Assembly: GCA_023397905.1 (NCBI GenBank)
Contig: JAEWSZ010000009.1
Span: 10,048 to 74,047 of the forward strand
DNA: 64,000 nucleotides
Direction: 5' to 3'
Origin: Bacillota bacterium
GTDB taxonomy: Bacteria; Bacillota; Clostridia; Acetivibrionales; DSM-1351
Shown here: piece after piece, positions 9,371 to 18,533 of the stretch
Layout of the letters: each line of letters begins with the position of its first letter
Position numbering within the stretch: the stretch's first letter is position 1
Notes under the pieces: model-generated
The model's input: the letters and a program-made list of their open reading frames with translations, nothing else
What the model was told of the DNA's origin: nothing
The model's database searches: none
Translations under genes and position numbers: made by a program

Positions 9371-9895
9371 TTATCTTTTTAAAATCATGTCATGCTCATT
9401 GAGTTTTTTATCTACGTCTATGACATAGTCTTTGACCAGGACCATATCCTTTTTCAAGCCTTGTACATCCTGCCTTATGACTTGTATTTCCTCCTTTGTT
9501 TCGCTTAAATCCCTCTGCACCGCATCTAATTTCCGGTCCAGGGCAGCATGCCCTTCGGCAATTGCTTTAACATCTCCTCTTAAGTCCTCAATAAGCACTC
9601 CGGTCTGGCGTTTTGCATCTTCAATAAGCACTCCTGTCTGACGCTTTACATCTTCAATAAGTACTCCCGTGTGACTCCTTACACCTTCAATAAGCTCCTT
9701 TGATTCTTCAAATCGTTCTCTTGTATAATCTTTCGATTCCCCAAAAAGCTCTCTTGTATAGTTCTTAGCTTCTTCAATGAGCTGCCTTGTGTAATCCTTT
9801 GATTCCGCAAAAAGCTCTCTTGTATAGCATTTTGATTCTTCAAATTTCTTCTCAAACATGTCCTGCAATACAACAAACAATTCGTCATTATTCAT
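9371..9895 (-). CDS. Coiled-coil protein with 11-residue (33-nt) tandem repeats
   Basis: GGAGG RBS; repeats FxESKxYTREL x4 and IEDxKRQTGVL x3. Confidence 0.8.
   Translation of the reverse strand: MNNDELFVVLQDMFEKKFEESKCYTRELFAESKDYTRQLIEEAKNYTRELFGESKDYTRERFEESKELIEGVRSHTGVLIEDVKRQTGVLIEDAKRQTGVLIEDLRGDVKAIAEGHAALDRKLDAVQRDLSETKEEIQVIRQDVQGLKKDMVLVKDYVIDVDKKLNEHDMILKR
9588..9843 (-). repeat. Degenerate 33-nt tandem repeat within the coiled-coil gene
   Basis: For example tcaataagcactccggtctggcgttttgcatct / tcaataagcactcctgtctgacgctttacatct / tcaataagtactcccgtgtgactccttacacct. Confidence 0.85.
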
Positions 9896-10152
9896 TTTCT
9901 ATCACCTCCCTGCTTATTTAATTGGTAGTAGATTTATTGTACCAAAACTTTCCACATTTTTAAAGTCAAAAAATGAGGTGTTGAAAAATAAAATTAAATT
10001 CAATACATGTTGAAAATTCAGCTGTTACGGTCCGCCAATACGATTTCCATTAATGAGAAGCACAGAAAAAGGTATATCGTGTATGGGAAGACCCGTTATA
10101 ATTGGTATTTCACATGTATTGAATTATTATTTTACAACATCCTCTATTTCAA

Positions 10153-13100
10153 TTACGAAGTCATCTTGTCCGCAGGTTCCAGCACCATCTGTTTTTCCTC
10201 AGTCTCGTCAATCTCTATTTTTTCGGAACCGCTTCTCATATTTTTGAAAGCTACAGACATCATGAGCTTGATTCTGTTCAGCTGGTTAACTTCACTTGCG
10301 CCGGGATCATAGTCCACCGCAACGATATTAGATTCCGGATACCTCCTGCGGAGCTCCTTGATCATACCCTTGCCTGTAACATGGTTTGGCAGGCAGGCAA
10401 AGGGCTGCATGCATACTATGTTACCCGCTCCGCTTTTGATAAGCTCTATCATTTCAGCTGTCAGGAACCAGCCTTCTCCCGTCTGGTTTCCCAGAGAAAG
10501 AATCTCAGAAGCACTGTCCGCCAAGTGATATATTGAATGCGGAGGCTCAAACCTTTTGCTCTTGCGCAGGTATTTTTTCATATGCCTCCTGTACCACTCT
10601 ATGGCCACAATTATCGCGTTGTTAACAACCAGCTTCTTCATCGTGCTGGACAGATTTTTGTATTTAAAGTTTGCATCATACGCACAGTACAGGAAAAAGT
10701 CAATAAGGTCAGGCATCACTGCCTCCGCCCCTTCTTTTTCCACTATATCCACCACATTGTTGTTGGCATCGGGGTGAAATTTAACCAGTATCTCTCCCAC
10801 CAGGCCCACTCTTGGTTTGACCGCGTCAGTCAATTCCAGCTGGTCAAATTCTTTTACGATACTTTTTATATTCTTTCTAAAGCTGCTGCTTCTTCCATTG
10901 TATATGGCATCGATACAAATTTTGGCCCACTTCCTGTAGAGCTCATTTGCCGATCCGGGTACGGCTTCGTATGGCCTTACCCTGTAGAGCACACGCATGA
11001 GAAGATCCCCGTATACCAAACCTTTAAAAGCACTGTCCAGCAGATTCAGTGAAACCTTAAACCCCGGCTGGCTTTCCATCCCCATGGCATTCAGGGAAAT
11101 AACCGGTATCTGGCTCATACCCGCTTCTATTAAAGCTTTTCTCAGGAAGCCTATATAGTTTGTAGCGCGGCAGCCTCCCCCTGTCTGTGTTATCAGCACG
11201 GAGGTATTGTTAAGATCATATTCTCCTGATTTTAATGCGTGTATGATCTGCCCTACCACAATTATTGAAGGATAGCAGGCATCGTTGTTTACATATCTGA
11301 GACCGTCCTCCACAGCCGCACCGTCAACATTAGGCAAAACCACTGTGTTATATCCGCATTTTCTGAAAGCGGCCTCCACAAACTGGAAATGTATGGGAGA
11401 CATCTGAGGAGCCAGTATAGTGTGCTTGCCCTTCATCTCAGCCGTAAAGACGACCTTTTTATGTGGAGCGTGCTTTACATTTGGCTTCAGCGCTTTCTTT
11501 TCCCTCTCCTCTATAGCCGCGACAAGAGATCTTATCCTGATCTTGGCGGCGCCCAGATTGTTGACCTCATCTATTTTCAGAACGGTATAAATGTTCTCAT
11601 TTGCATTGAGTATCTCCTGTACCTGGTCGGTGGTGACCGCATCCAGACCGCAGCCGAAGGAATTCAACTGGATCAGTTCCAGCTCCGGATACTCATTGAC
11701 CACGGTTGCAGCCGCATACAGTCTTGAATGGTATTTCCACTGGTCCACAACCCTTAAGGGACGTTCGATGCTGCCCATATGAGAGATGGAGTCCTCCGTA
11801 AGCACAGCAAAACCATGGGAGGTTATTACCTGGGGGATCCCGTGATTTATCTCCGGATCCACATGATAAGGCCTTCCCGCCAGTACAATTCCTTTTTTTC
11901 CGGTCTCCTTCAGATATTTAAGGGTCTCCTCGCCCTTTTTCCTCACATCGTTTTTAAAAGCTTCATCCTCCTGCCATGCTCTTTCCACGGCATTTTCTAT
12001 TTCAGCCTTTGAAATATCAAATTCCTTGCCAAGCACCTCGGCAAGCCTGAGCTTGAGCTTTTCCTTGTCGTCATAAGGCAAAAACGGATTCAGGAACTTG
12101 ATCTCCTTTTTCTTGAGAATGTCCATATTATTCTTTATTACCTCGGGATATGAGGTAACAATAGGGCAGTTATAGTGGTTGTCGGCCCCCTTATCCTCAA
12201 GCATCTCATATGGCAGACAAGGATAGAAAATAAAATTGACGTTCTTGTTTACAAGACTCATAATATGCCCATGAACCAGCTTTGCAGGATAGCATACCGA
12301 CTCCGAAGGCATTGTTTCTATTCCGAGCTCATATATTTTTTTAGACGAACGGGGTGACAGCTCAACCCTGAATTTCAACTGGTCAAAAAATGTAAACCAG
12401 AAGGGGAAATTCTCATACATATTGAGAACACGCGGAATCCCCACTGTCCCTCTTGTATATTCCGCGCCGTTTATCTGCCTGTAGCGGAACAGCCTCTTAT
12501 ATTTATAATCATAAAGATCTGGCACATCCTCCGAGATACTCTCGATTCCAGCGCCTCTTTCACACCTGTTTCCCGATACAAACCTGCTGCCGTCTCCGAA
12601 TTGGTTTATTGTGAGCAGGCAGTTGTTATTGCACAGTTTGCATCTTCTGAGCTCCGTGCTGTGCTCAAAACTGTCTAAATTCTCTTTTGCCAGCAGCGTG
12701 GATTGCAGTCCTTCATATCTTTCCCTGGCTATAAGAGCCGCTCCGAAAGCGCCCATTAGGCCTGCGATATTGGGCCTGACCGCCTCTCTCTCCGAAATGA
12801 GCTCAAAGCTTCTCAAAACCGCGTCGTTGAGGAAGGTTCCTCCCTGTACTATGATCTTTTCGCCCATTTCTCTGGGATCACGGATTTTTATGACCTTGAG
12901 CAGTGCATTTTTTATAACCGAATAGGACAGCCCGGCGGAAATATCTCCCACCTGCGCGCCTTCCTTCTGTGCCTGCTTTACTCTGGAATTCATAAATACC
13001 GTACAGCGCGAACCCAGATCCACAGGCTTTTCAGCCAGCAAAGCCTGGGTCGCAAAATCCTCGACCCTGAAATTGAGGGACTTGGCAAAAGTCTCTATAA

Positions 13101-14454
13101 ATGAACCGCAGCCCGAAGAGCATGCTTCGTTGAGCATTATGCTGTCAATGACCCCGTCTTTTACTTTCAGGCATTTCATATCCTGTCCGCCTATATCAAG
13201 TATGAAATCCACACCCGGCAGGAAAAAGTCTGCGGCTTTGTAATGGGCTATTGTCTCTATTTCGCCTATATCCACCTTCAGCGCGGTCTTTATCAGCCCT
13301 TCGCCGTAACCGGTTACGGTTGAATTTACAATCCGTGCTTCTGAAGGTAATTTTGAATATATATCATTGAGAATTCTGATGGTTGATTTCAAAGGGCTGC
13401 CTTCATTGCTTCCATAATAGGAATACAGCATTTCGCCATTGGTGTCTATGAGTACCGCCTTTGTTGTGGTAGAACCCGCGTCGATTCCCAGAAAACAATC
13501 TCCCTTGTAATCCTGCAGGGGTTTTAGACCGATCGAATGCCTGTCATGCCTTTTTCTGAACTTATCCAGCTCCTCCTGGCTGCCGAACAGAGGCTTCAGC
13601 CTTTCAACCTCATGAACCGTGGCGGTATGGATTTTAGGAAGCTTATCCTTTAATTCCTTAAAGGAAATAGTCTCCAGTTCCCTGGATGACATGGCGGCGC
13701 CAACTGCCACAAAAAGCTGGGAATTTTCAGGGAAAATCACCTGTTCCGGCTTTAAATTCAGCGTAATCTCAAATCTTTTCCGGAGCTCCGACAGAAAATA
13801 CAGCGGTCCCCCCAAAAAGGCAATATTTCCCCTGATGGGCTTTCCGCAGGCCAAACCGCTGATTGTCTGGTTTACCACAGACTGAAATACCGACGCGGCA
13901 ATATCTTCCTTCGCGGCGCCTTCATTCAGCAGCGGCTGGATATCGGTCTTTGCAAAAACACCGCATCTGGCTGCTATCGGATAGATTACCCGGCTGTTTT
14001 TCGCAAACTCATTCAGCCCGGTGGCATCAGTTTGCAGAAGAGAGGCCATCTGGTCGATAAAGGAGCCCGTTCCGCCGGCGCAGGTGCCATTCATGCGCTG
14101 CTCCAAACCGCCTTTAAAATATGTTATTTTAGCATCCTCTCCGCCCAGCTCAATAGCCACATCCGTTTCCGGAATAAGCGTCTGAACGGCCTCGGAGCCT
14201 GCGATAACTTCCTGTATAAACTCAAGTCCCAGCCACTGAGAGACCAGCAGCCCGCCAGATCCGGTTATCATAACGGTACATTCATCCTGATAAAATTTAT
14301 CGCAGGTTTCATCCATTAATTCATAAATTGTTTTCCTGATATCAGAATAATGCCTTTGATACCTGGAATAAACAATATTGTTGTTTTTATCAAGAACGGC
14401 CATTTTTACAGTGGTAGAACCAACATCTAACCCCACATGATAATTTTTTTTCAT
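10153..14454 (-). CDS. Large CoA-substrate enzyme activase fusion (two BadF/BadG/BcrA/BcrD ATPase domains plus DUF2229/2-hydroxyacyl-CoA dehydratase-like domains)
   Basis: Two ASKHA motifs ([20 protein letters not shown]); Fe-S cysteines in [14 protein letters not shown] and [20 protein letters not shown] and QPFACLPNH. Confidence 0.85.
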   Translation of the reverse strand: MKKNYHVGLDVGSTTVKMAVLDKNNNIVYSRYQRHYSDIRKTIYELMDETCDKFYQDECTVMITGSGGLLVSQWLGLEFIQEVIAGSEAVQTLIPETDVAIELGGEDAKITYFKGGLEQRMNGTCAGGTGSFIDQMASLLQTDATGLNEFAKNSRVIYPIAARCGVFAKTDIQPLLNEGAAKEDIAASVFQSVVNQTISGLACGKPIRGNIAFLGGPLYFLSELRKRFEITLNLKPEQVIFPENSQLFVAVGAAMSSRELETISFKELKDKLPKIHTATVHEVERLKPLFGSQEELDKFRKRHDRHSIGLKPLQDYKGDCFLGIDAGSTTTKAVLIDTNGEMLYSYYGSNEGSPLKSTIRILNDIYSKLPSEARIVNSTVTGYGEGLIKTALKVDIGEIETIAHYKAADFFLPGVDFILDIGGQDMKCLKVKDGVIDSIMLNEACSSGCGSFIETFAKSLNFRVEDFATQALLAEKPVDLGSRCTVFMNSRVKQAQKEGAQVGDISAGLSYSVIKNALLKVIKIRDPREMGEKIIVQGGTFLNDAVLRSFELISEREAVRPNIAGLMGAFGAALIARERYEGLQSTLLAKENLDSFEHSTELRRCKLCNNNCLLTINQFGDGSRFVSGNRCERGAGIESISEDVPDLYDYKYKRLFRYRQINGAEYTRGTVGIPRVLNMYENFPFWFTFFDQLKFRVELSPRSSKKIYELGIETMPSESVCYPAKLVHGHIMSLVNKNVNFIFYPCLPYEMLEDKGADNHYNCPIVTSYPEVIKNNMDILKKKEIKFLNPFLPYDDKEKLKLRLAEVLGKEFDISKAEIENAVERAWQEDEAFKNDVRKKGEETLKYLKETGKKGIVLAGRPYHVDPEINHGIPQVITSHGFAVLTEDSISHMGSIERPLRVVDQWKYHSRLYAAATVVNEYPELELIQLNSFGCGLDAVTTDQVQEILNANENIYTVLKIDEVNNLGAAKIRIRSLVAAIEEREKKALKPNVKHAPHKKVVFTAEMKGKHTILAPQMSPIHFQFVEAAFRKCGYNTVVLPNVDGAAVEDGLRYVNNDACYPSIIVVGQIIHALKSGEYDLNNTSVLITQTGGGCRATNYIGFLRKALIEAGMSQIPVISLNAMGMESQPGFKVSLNLLDSAFKGLVYGDLLMRVLYRVRPYEAVPGSANELYRKWAKICIDAIYNGRSSSFRKNIKSIVKEFDQLELTDAVKPRVGLVGEILVKFHPDANNNVVDIVEKEGAEAVMPDLIDFFLYCAYDANFKYKNLSSTMKKLVVNNAIIVAIEWYRRHMKKYLRKSKRFEPPHSIYHLADSASEILSLGNQTGEGWFLTAEMIELIKSGAGNIVCMQPFACLPNHVTGKGMIKELRRRYPESNIVAVDYDPGASEVNQLNRIKLMMSVAFKNMRSGSEKIEIDETEEKQMVLEPADKMTS

Positions 14455-14599
14455 ATTATTGACTAATCTCCAATATTAATTTTATACCCAAAAATAAATA
14501 CTCCAAAGCCGGCAATCAAATAATTAATACCCATTCCGGGGCTCTTCTAAACTGGTAATTAATTACTTCACCTGTCCGCCGACACTCTTTCCTATATCA

Positions 14600-16375
14600 T
14601 TATATGCTCTTGATATGCAATTCCTGCAATTGTATTTCATCCACTATATCCGGAGCGTTGTCCATAGGACTTGAGGCATTCTGAACCTTCGGGAAGGCGA
14701 TTACATCTCTTATGCTGTTTGTCTTTGCCATAAGCATTACCATTCTGTCAAGGCCGAAAGCCATGCCTCCGTGAGGCGGCGTCCCATATTTGAAGGCGTC
14801 AAGCAGGAACCCGAATTTCCTGTCCGCATCCTCCTCGGTAAATCCCAGCAGCTTCAGCATCTTAGCCTGCAGCTCCTGTATGTGTATTCTGATACTGCCT
14901 CCGCCCAATTCCACACCGTTCAATACTATATCGTAGGCCTTGGCGCGCACTCTGCCCGGATCTGTGTCCAGATATTCCAGGTCCTCATCCATTGGGCAGG
15001 TAAAGGGGTGATGCTTGGCAGCCCAACGCCCTTCTTCTTCATCATATTCAAAAAGCGGAAATTCTGTAACCCACAGGAACTTAAATTCGTCCGGATTTAA
15101 TATATCCAGCTTTCTTGCCACCTCAAGCCGCAGCTGTCCCAGCGCGTCATAAACAATGCTGTTCCTGTCGGCCACAAAGCATATGAGGTCCCCTGCCTCG
15201 GCGCCGGTTCTCTCCAGCAAGGCTTTCAGCTCTTCCTCGGTCATAAACTTGGCAAAGGAGGATTTAATCTCGTTGCTGCCGTCGATTGAAATCCATGCCA
15301 TGCCTTTGGCTTTATAGGTCTTAACCACTTCCACCAGCGCATCGATCTCTTTTCTGCTGAATTTTGCACAGCCCTTTGCATTTATTGCCCTTACGCTTCC
15401 GCCGTTGGCCACCGCATCCGTGAACACTTTAAAACCGCAGTTTGCCACCAAATCTGACAGATTTACAAGCTCCATTCCAAAACGTATATCGGGCTTATCC
15501 GATCCGAATCTTTCCATTGCCTCGGCATATGGCATTCTCAGGAATGGAGTCTCCAGCTCGACTCCCAGAGCCTCTTTGAAAACTCTCTTTATAAAACCCT
15601 CGTTTGTGTTCAAAACATCATCAACATTCACAAAGGACATCTCCAGGTCGATCTGTGTAAATTCCGGCTGCCTGTCGGCTCTCAGGTCTTCATCCCTGAA
15701 GCACTTGGCTATCTGGAAATACCTGTCGAAGCCCGACACCATCAACAATTGCTTATACAGCTGGGGCGACTGGGGGAGAGCGAAAAATTTTCCGGGATGT
15801 ACACGGCTTGGCACCAGATAGTCCCTGGCTCCCTCGGGGGTGCTCTTGATCAGTATTGGAGTTTCTATCTCCAGAAAGCCGTTATCATCGTAATAATCCC
15901 GCGCAACCTTTGCTATCCTGTGCCTGAGAATAAAATTCCTCTGCATGTCCGGTCTTCTCAAATCAAGGTATCTGTATTTCAGTCTGGTTATTTCATTGAC
16001 ATCCGAATTTTCTTCAATATATATGGGCGGGGTTTCCGATACGCTGAGTATTCTCAGCTCCGCTGCGTTTATTTCAATCTCGCCTGTTGCCATTTTGCTG
16101 TTGACCGCTTCCGGCGCCCTGACAGAAACAGTTCCGACTACAGCCAGAACAAATTCGCTTCTGATAGTTTTGGCCTTATCAAACATTTCGCCGTCCTTAT
16201 CGGTAAAAACCAGCTGCACAATTCCGGACCGGTCCCTTAAATCCACAAAAACCAGGCTTCCGAGATTTCTTTGCTTCTGGACCCAGCCCATTACCGAAAC
16301 TTTTTTACCTATATCGGCCGAACCTAACTCGGCGCATCTATGACTCCTTTTGAGCCCGTATATTGATTCTCCCAT
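14600..16375 (-). CDS. aspS: Aspartate--tRNA ligase
   Basis: STPEGARDYLVPSR, ALPQSPQLYKQLLM, FRDEDLRADRQPEFTQ, PPHGGMAFGLDR. Confidence 0.98.
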   Translation of the reverse strand: MGESIYGLKRSHRCAELGSADIGKKVSVMGWVQKQRNLGSLVFVDLRDRSGIVQLVFTDKDGEMFDKAKTIRSEFVLAVVGTVSVRAPEAVNSKMATGEIEINAAELRILSVSETPPIYIEENSDVNEITRLKYRYLDLRRPDMQRNFILRHRIAKVARDYYDDNGFLEIETPILIKSTPEGARDYLVPSRVHPGKFFALPQSPQLYKQLLMVSGFDRYFQIAKCFRDEDLRADRQPEFTQIDLEMSFVNVDDVLNTNEGFIKRVFKEALGVELETPFLRMPYAEAMERFGSDKPDIRFGMELVNLSDLVANCGFKVFTDAVANGGSVRAINAKGCAKFSRKEIDALVEVVKTYKAKGMAWISIDGSNEIKSSFAKFMTEEELKALLERTGAEAGDLICFVADRNSIVYDALGQLRLEVARKLDILNPDEFKFLWVTEFPLFEYDEEEGRWAAKHHPFTCPMDEDLEYLDTDPGRVRAKAYDIVLNGVELGGGSIRIHIQELQAKMLKLLGFTEEDADRKFGFLLDAFKYGTPPHGGMAFGLDRMVMLMAKTNSIRDVIAFPKVQNASSPMDNAPDIVDEIQLQELHIKSI

Positions 16376-16433
16376 AAAAAATCCTCCTAGATATTAAAAC
16401 CTTAAAAATATTGCCGCAAAGCTACTCATCCAC

Positions 16434-17765
16434 TCACTTTTCGCCGTGCTCCTTCAGTCTTTCAATTATGCTGTCGGCTTCCATTTCCTCCTGCTCACCC
16501 GAGGACATATCCTTGAGCTTGTATTTTCCTGTGGCAACTTCATCCTCTCCTACCACAACTACATAAGGTATCCCAAGCTTGTCGGCATAGGAAAATTTCT
16601 TTCCCAGCTTTCCTTCATTAAAATAGATCTCCGCAGCTATGCCCGCATTCCTCACCTTTGTGGCAAGTTCAAGGGCCTGACCCATGGTCTCCGCCATTGG
16701 TATGACCAGAATCCGGGAAGAGGTGGCCCTTTTGGCTTCTCCCAGTATTCCGGCTTCCCTCAGCTGGTAGAACAGCCTTGAAAGCCCTATGGATATACCA
16801 ACACCCGGCAATTTCTTTGAAGTGTAGTTCTGGGCCAGATTGTCATATCTCCCCCCTGAGCAGACGCTTCCTATTGAAGGATACTGGTTCAAAACTGTCT
16901 CATATATGGTTCCGGTGTAATAGTCAAGACCTCTGGCAATGGTCAGGTCTACCGTATAATTGGAAGCCGGCACCTTAAAGGAATCTATATAGTTTATAAC
17001 CAGCTCCAGCTCATTTACCCCTTCCGTAAAAAGCTCATTGTCAATTTCCAGCTTTCTGAGGCTTTCTATTATCTCGCCGCAGCTGCCCTTTATATTCACA
17101 AATCTCAGGACGCTTACGGCGGCATCATCGGACAGTCCCATAGCCTTAAGCTCGGCTTCCACCGCCTTTTCGCCTATCTTTTCAAGCTTATCGATTACTC
17201 TTAAGACCTCTGCCTTATCTGTTACATTGAGGCTTTCAAAAAAGCCGTTTAACACTTTTCTGTTGTTTATTCTGATTGTAAAATCGTCAAAACCCAGGGC
17301 TTTAAAGGTTGAATAAATAACGCTGAGAATTTCCGCATCATTTATAACACTCAAGGTCTCATTTCCTATAATATCTATATCGCATTGGTAAAACTCCCTG
17401 AATCTGCCTTTTTGAGGCTTCTCACCCCTGAACACCTTACCTATATGGTAGCGTTTGAACGGGAAGGTCAATTCTCCAAAATGCTGTGCCACAAATCTTG
17501 CCAGAGGAACAGTCAGATCAAACCTTAAAGACAGGTCACTATCCCCCTTGTTAAATCTGTACACCTGCTTTTCTGTCTCTCCTCCGCTCTTTGCCAGTAA
17601 AACCTCCGATTTTTCAATCATAGGCGTGTCAACAGGAATAAAACCATAAGTTTCATATGTCTTTTTAATAGTATCAAGCATCCTGTTAAACACAATCTGA
17701 TCGGAGGGCAAAAGCTCCATAAAGCCCGGAAGTATTGAAGGCGTTATTATCTGTTGTTTTGCCAT
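16434..17765 (-). CDS. hisS: Histidine--tRNA ligase
   Basis: LRFDLTVP, GRFREFYQCD, ARGLDYYTG, GGRYDNL and a C-terminal anticodon-binding domain. Confidence 0.96.
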   Translation of the reverse strand: MAKQQIITPSILPGFMELLPSDQIVFNRMLDTIKKTYETYGFIPVDTPMIEKSEVLLAKSGGETEKQVYRFNKGDSDLSLRFDLTVPLARFVAQHFGELTFPFKRYHIGKVFRGEKPQKGRFREFYQCDIDIIGNETLSVINDAEILSVIYSTFKALGFDDFTIRINNRKVLNGFFESLNVTDKAEVLRVIDKLEKIGEKAVEAELKAMGLSDDAAVSVLRFVNIKGSCGEIIESLRKLEIDNELFTEGVNELELVINYIDSFKVPASNYTVDLTIARGLDYYTGTIYETVLNQYPSIGSVCSGGRYDNLAQNYTSKKLPGVGISIGLSRLFYQLREAGILGEAKRATSSRILVIPMAETMGQALELATKVRNAGIAAEIYFNEGKLGKKFSYADKLGIPYVVVVGEDEVATGKYKLKDMSSGEQEEMEADSIIERLKEHGEK

Positions 17766-17804
17766 TTATACAACTCCTGTCATTTTAAAATATTCCTATA
17801 CGTT

Positions 17805-18185
17805 AAAAAAGCCCCTCCTGATCCCTGTAAGGGACGAGAGGAAACTTCCCGCGGTGCCACCCTAATTAAATCTTTACATATCTTTTCAATCTGTAAAAAT
17901 CTCTTGAATCCTTTAACGCAGAAAACGGGTGAGCTTTCAACCCACCGGCCCTTTGAGCCATATGCTCCGCAAAGGGGTGTCTTTCCTCATATTTACTATA
18001 AGCCGCTCACAATCCGCGGTCAATTTATGTCTCAATTCCAATTGTTCGAGAATTTTATTGACTTCGTGCAGCTTTTTCCTGAATAGTAAAAGCCAATCCA
18101 CAGGCAGCGGCTGAAACAACCGGTCCTGATATAACTGACCATGGCGCGTCCGGCGCCTTTATGATTACTCTTCCCTTTTAAGGCC
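17805..18185 (-). ncRNA. T-box riboswitch (Asp-type) with enlarged Stem I, leader of hisS-aspS
   Basis: T-box AGGGTGGCACCGCG (17863-17850); terminator GTCCCT/AGGGAT...GGGGC-TTTTTT; Stem I AAAGGG/CCCTTT with AGTA and GAAA-GAC-A specifier loop; CGTTA motif. Confidence 0.9.
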
Positions 18186-18208
18186 TATACGGTATTAACC
18201 TACTATAT

Positions 18209-18237
18209 ATTTTAGATTTCACATCAGTTATTGTCAA
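18209..18237 (-). promoter_or_regulatory. Sigma-A promoter of the T-box/hisS-aspS transcript
   Basis: Minus strand TTGACA-17 nt-TAAAAT. Confidence 0.8.
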
Positions 18238-18290
18238 TATTAATTATTGGATACCATGTCCTGCCGGCTATTCATGGCAGCAAATACCCC

Positions 18291-18446
18291 AGTCAATTAC
18301 TATGGGCTGAAAGCCGGCAGCCTGGGTTTGAGGCTAAAGCCTCCTGAAGTAAAACTTTCTGGATAAAAGCGTCGAACCTTCAAATCTAATGGCTTGAAAG
18401 CAGCATTTGCCTGAAGGCGAAGGTTTAACCGCAACTGACTTTATAA
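18291..18446. mobile_element. About 155-bp miniature element, family B, longest copy
   Basis: Ends AGTCAATTAC...GCAACTGACT(TTATAA); internal small hairpins GGCTGAAAGCC, GAGGCTAAAGCCTC, GCCTGAAGGC; related copies at 6031, 24145 and 4254. Confidence 0.7.
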
Positions 18447-18495
18447 TAAAAGAACAGCTGCCCTTCTCCGTTGTAAGGAATGAGACAGCTGCTCT
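18447..18495 (-). terminator. Intrinsic terminator after the GH3 gene
   Basis: Minus strand AGAGCAGCTGTCTC...GGGCAGCTGTTCT followed by TTTATT. Confidence 0.65.
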
Positions 18496-18533
18496 CCTGT
18501 GTTAAGTCTTTAATCCGGCTTCTTTTCAAATGT

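Noticed and set aside
9588..9843. 33-nt repeats as a CRISPR array
   Set aside because: The units are adjacent with no spacers, degenerate at third codon positions and in frame within a CDS.
17929..18119. 60-61 aa ORFs as leader peptides
   Set aside because: They overlap the T-box Stem I, lack an RBS and have no His or Asp runs.
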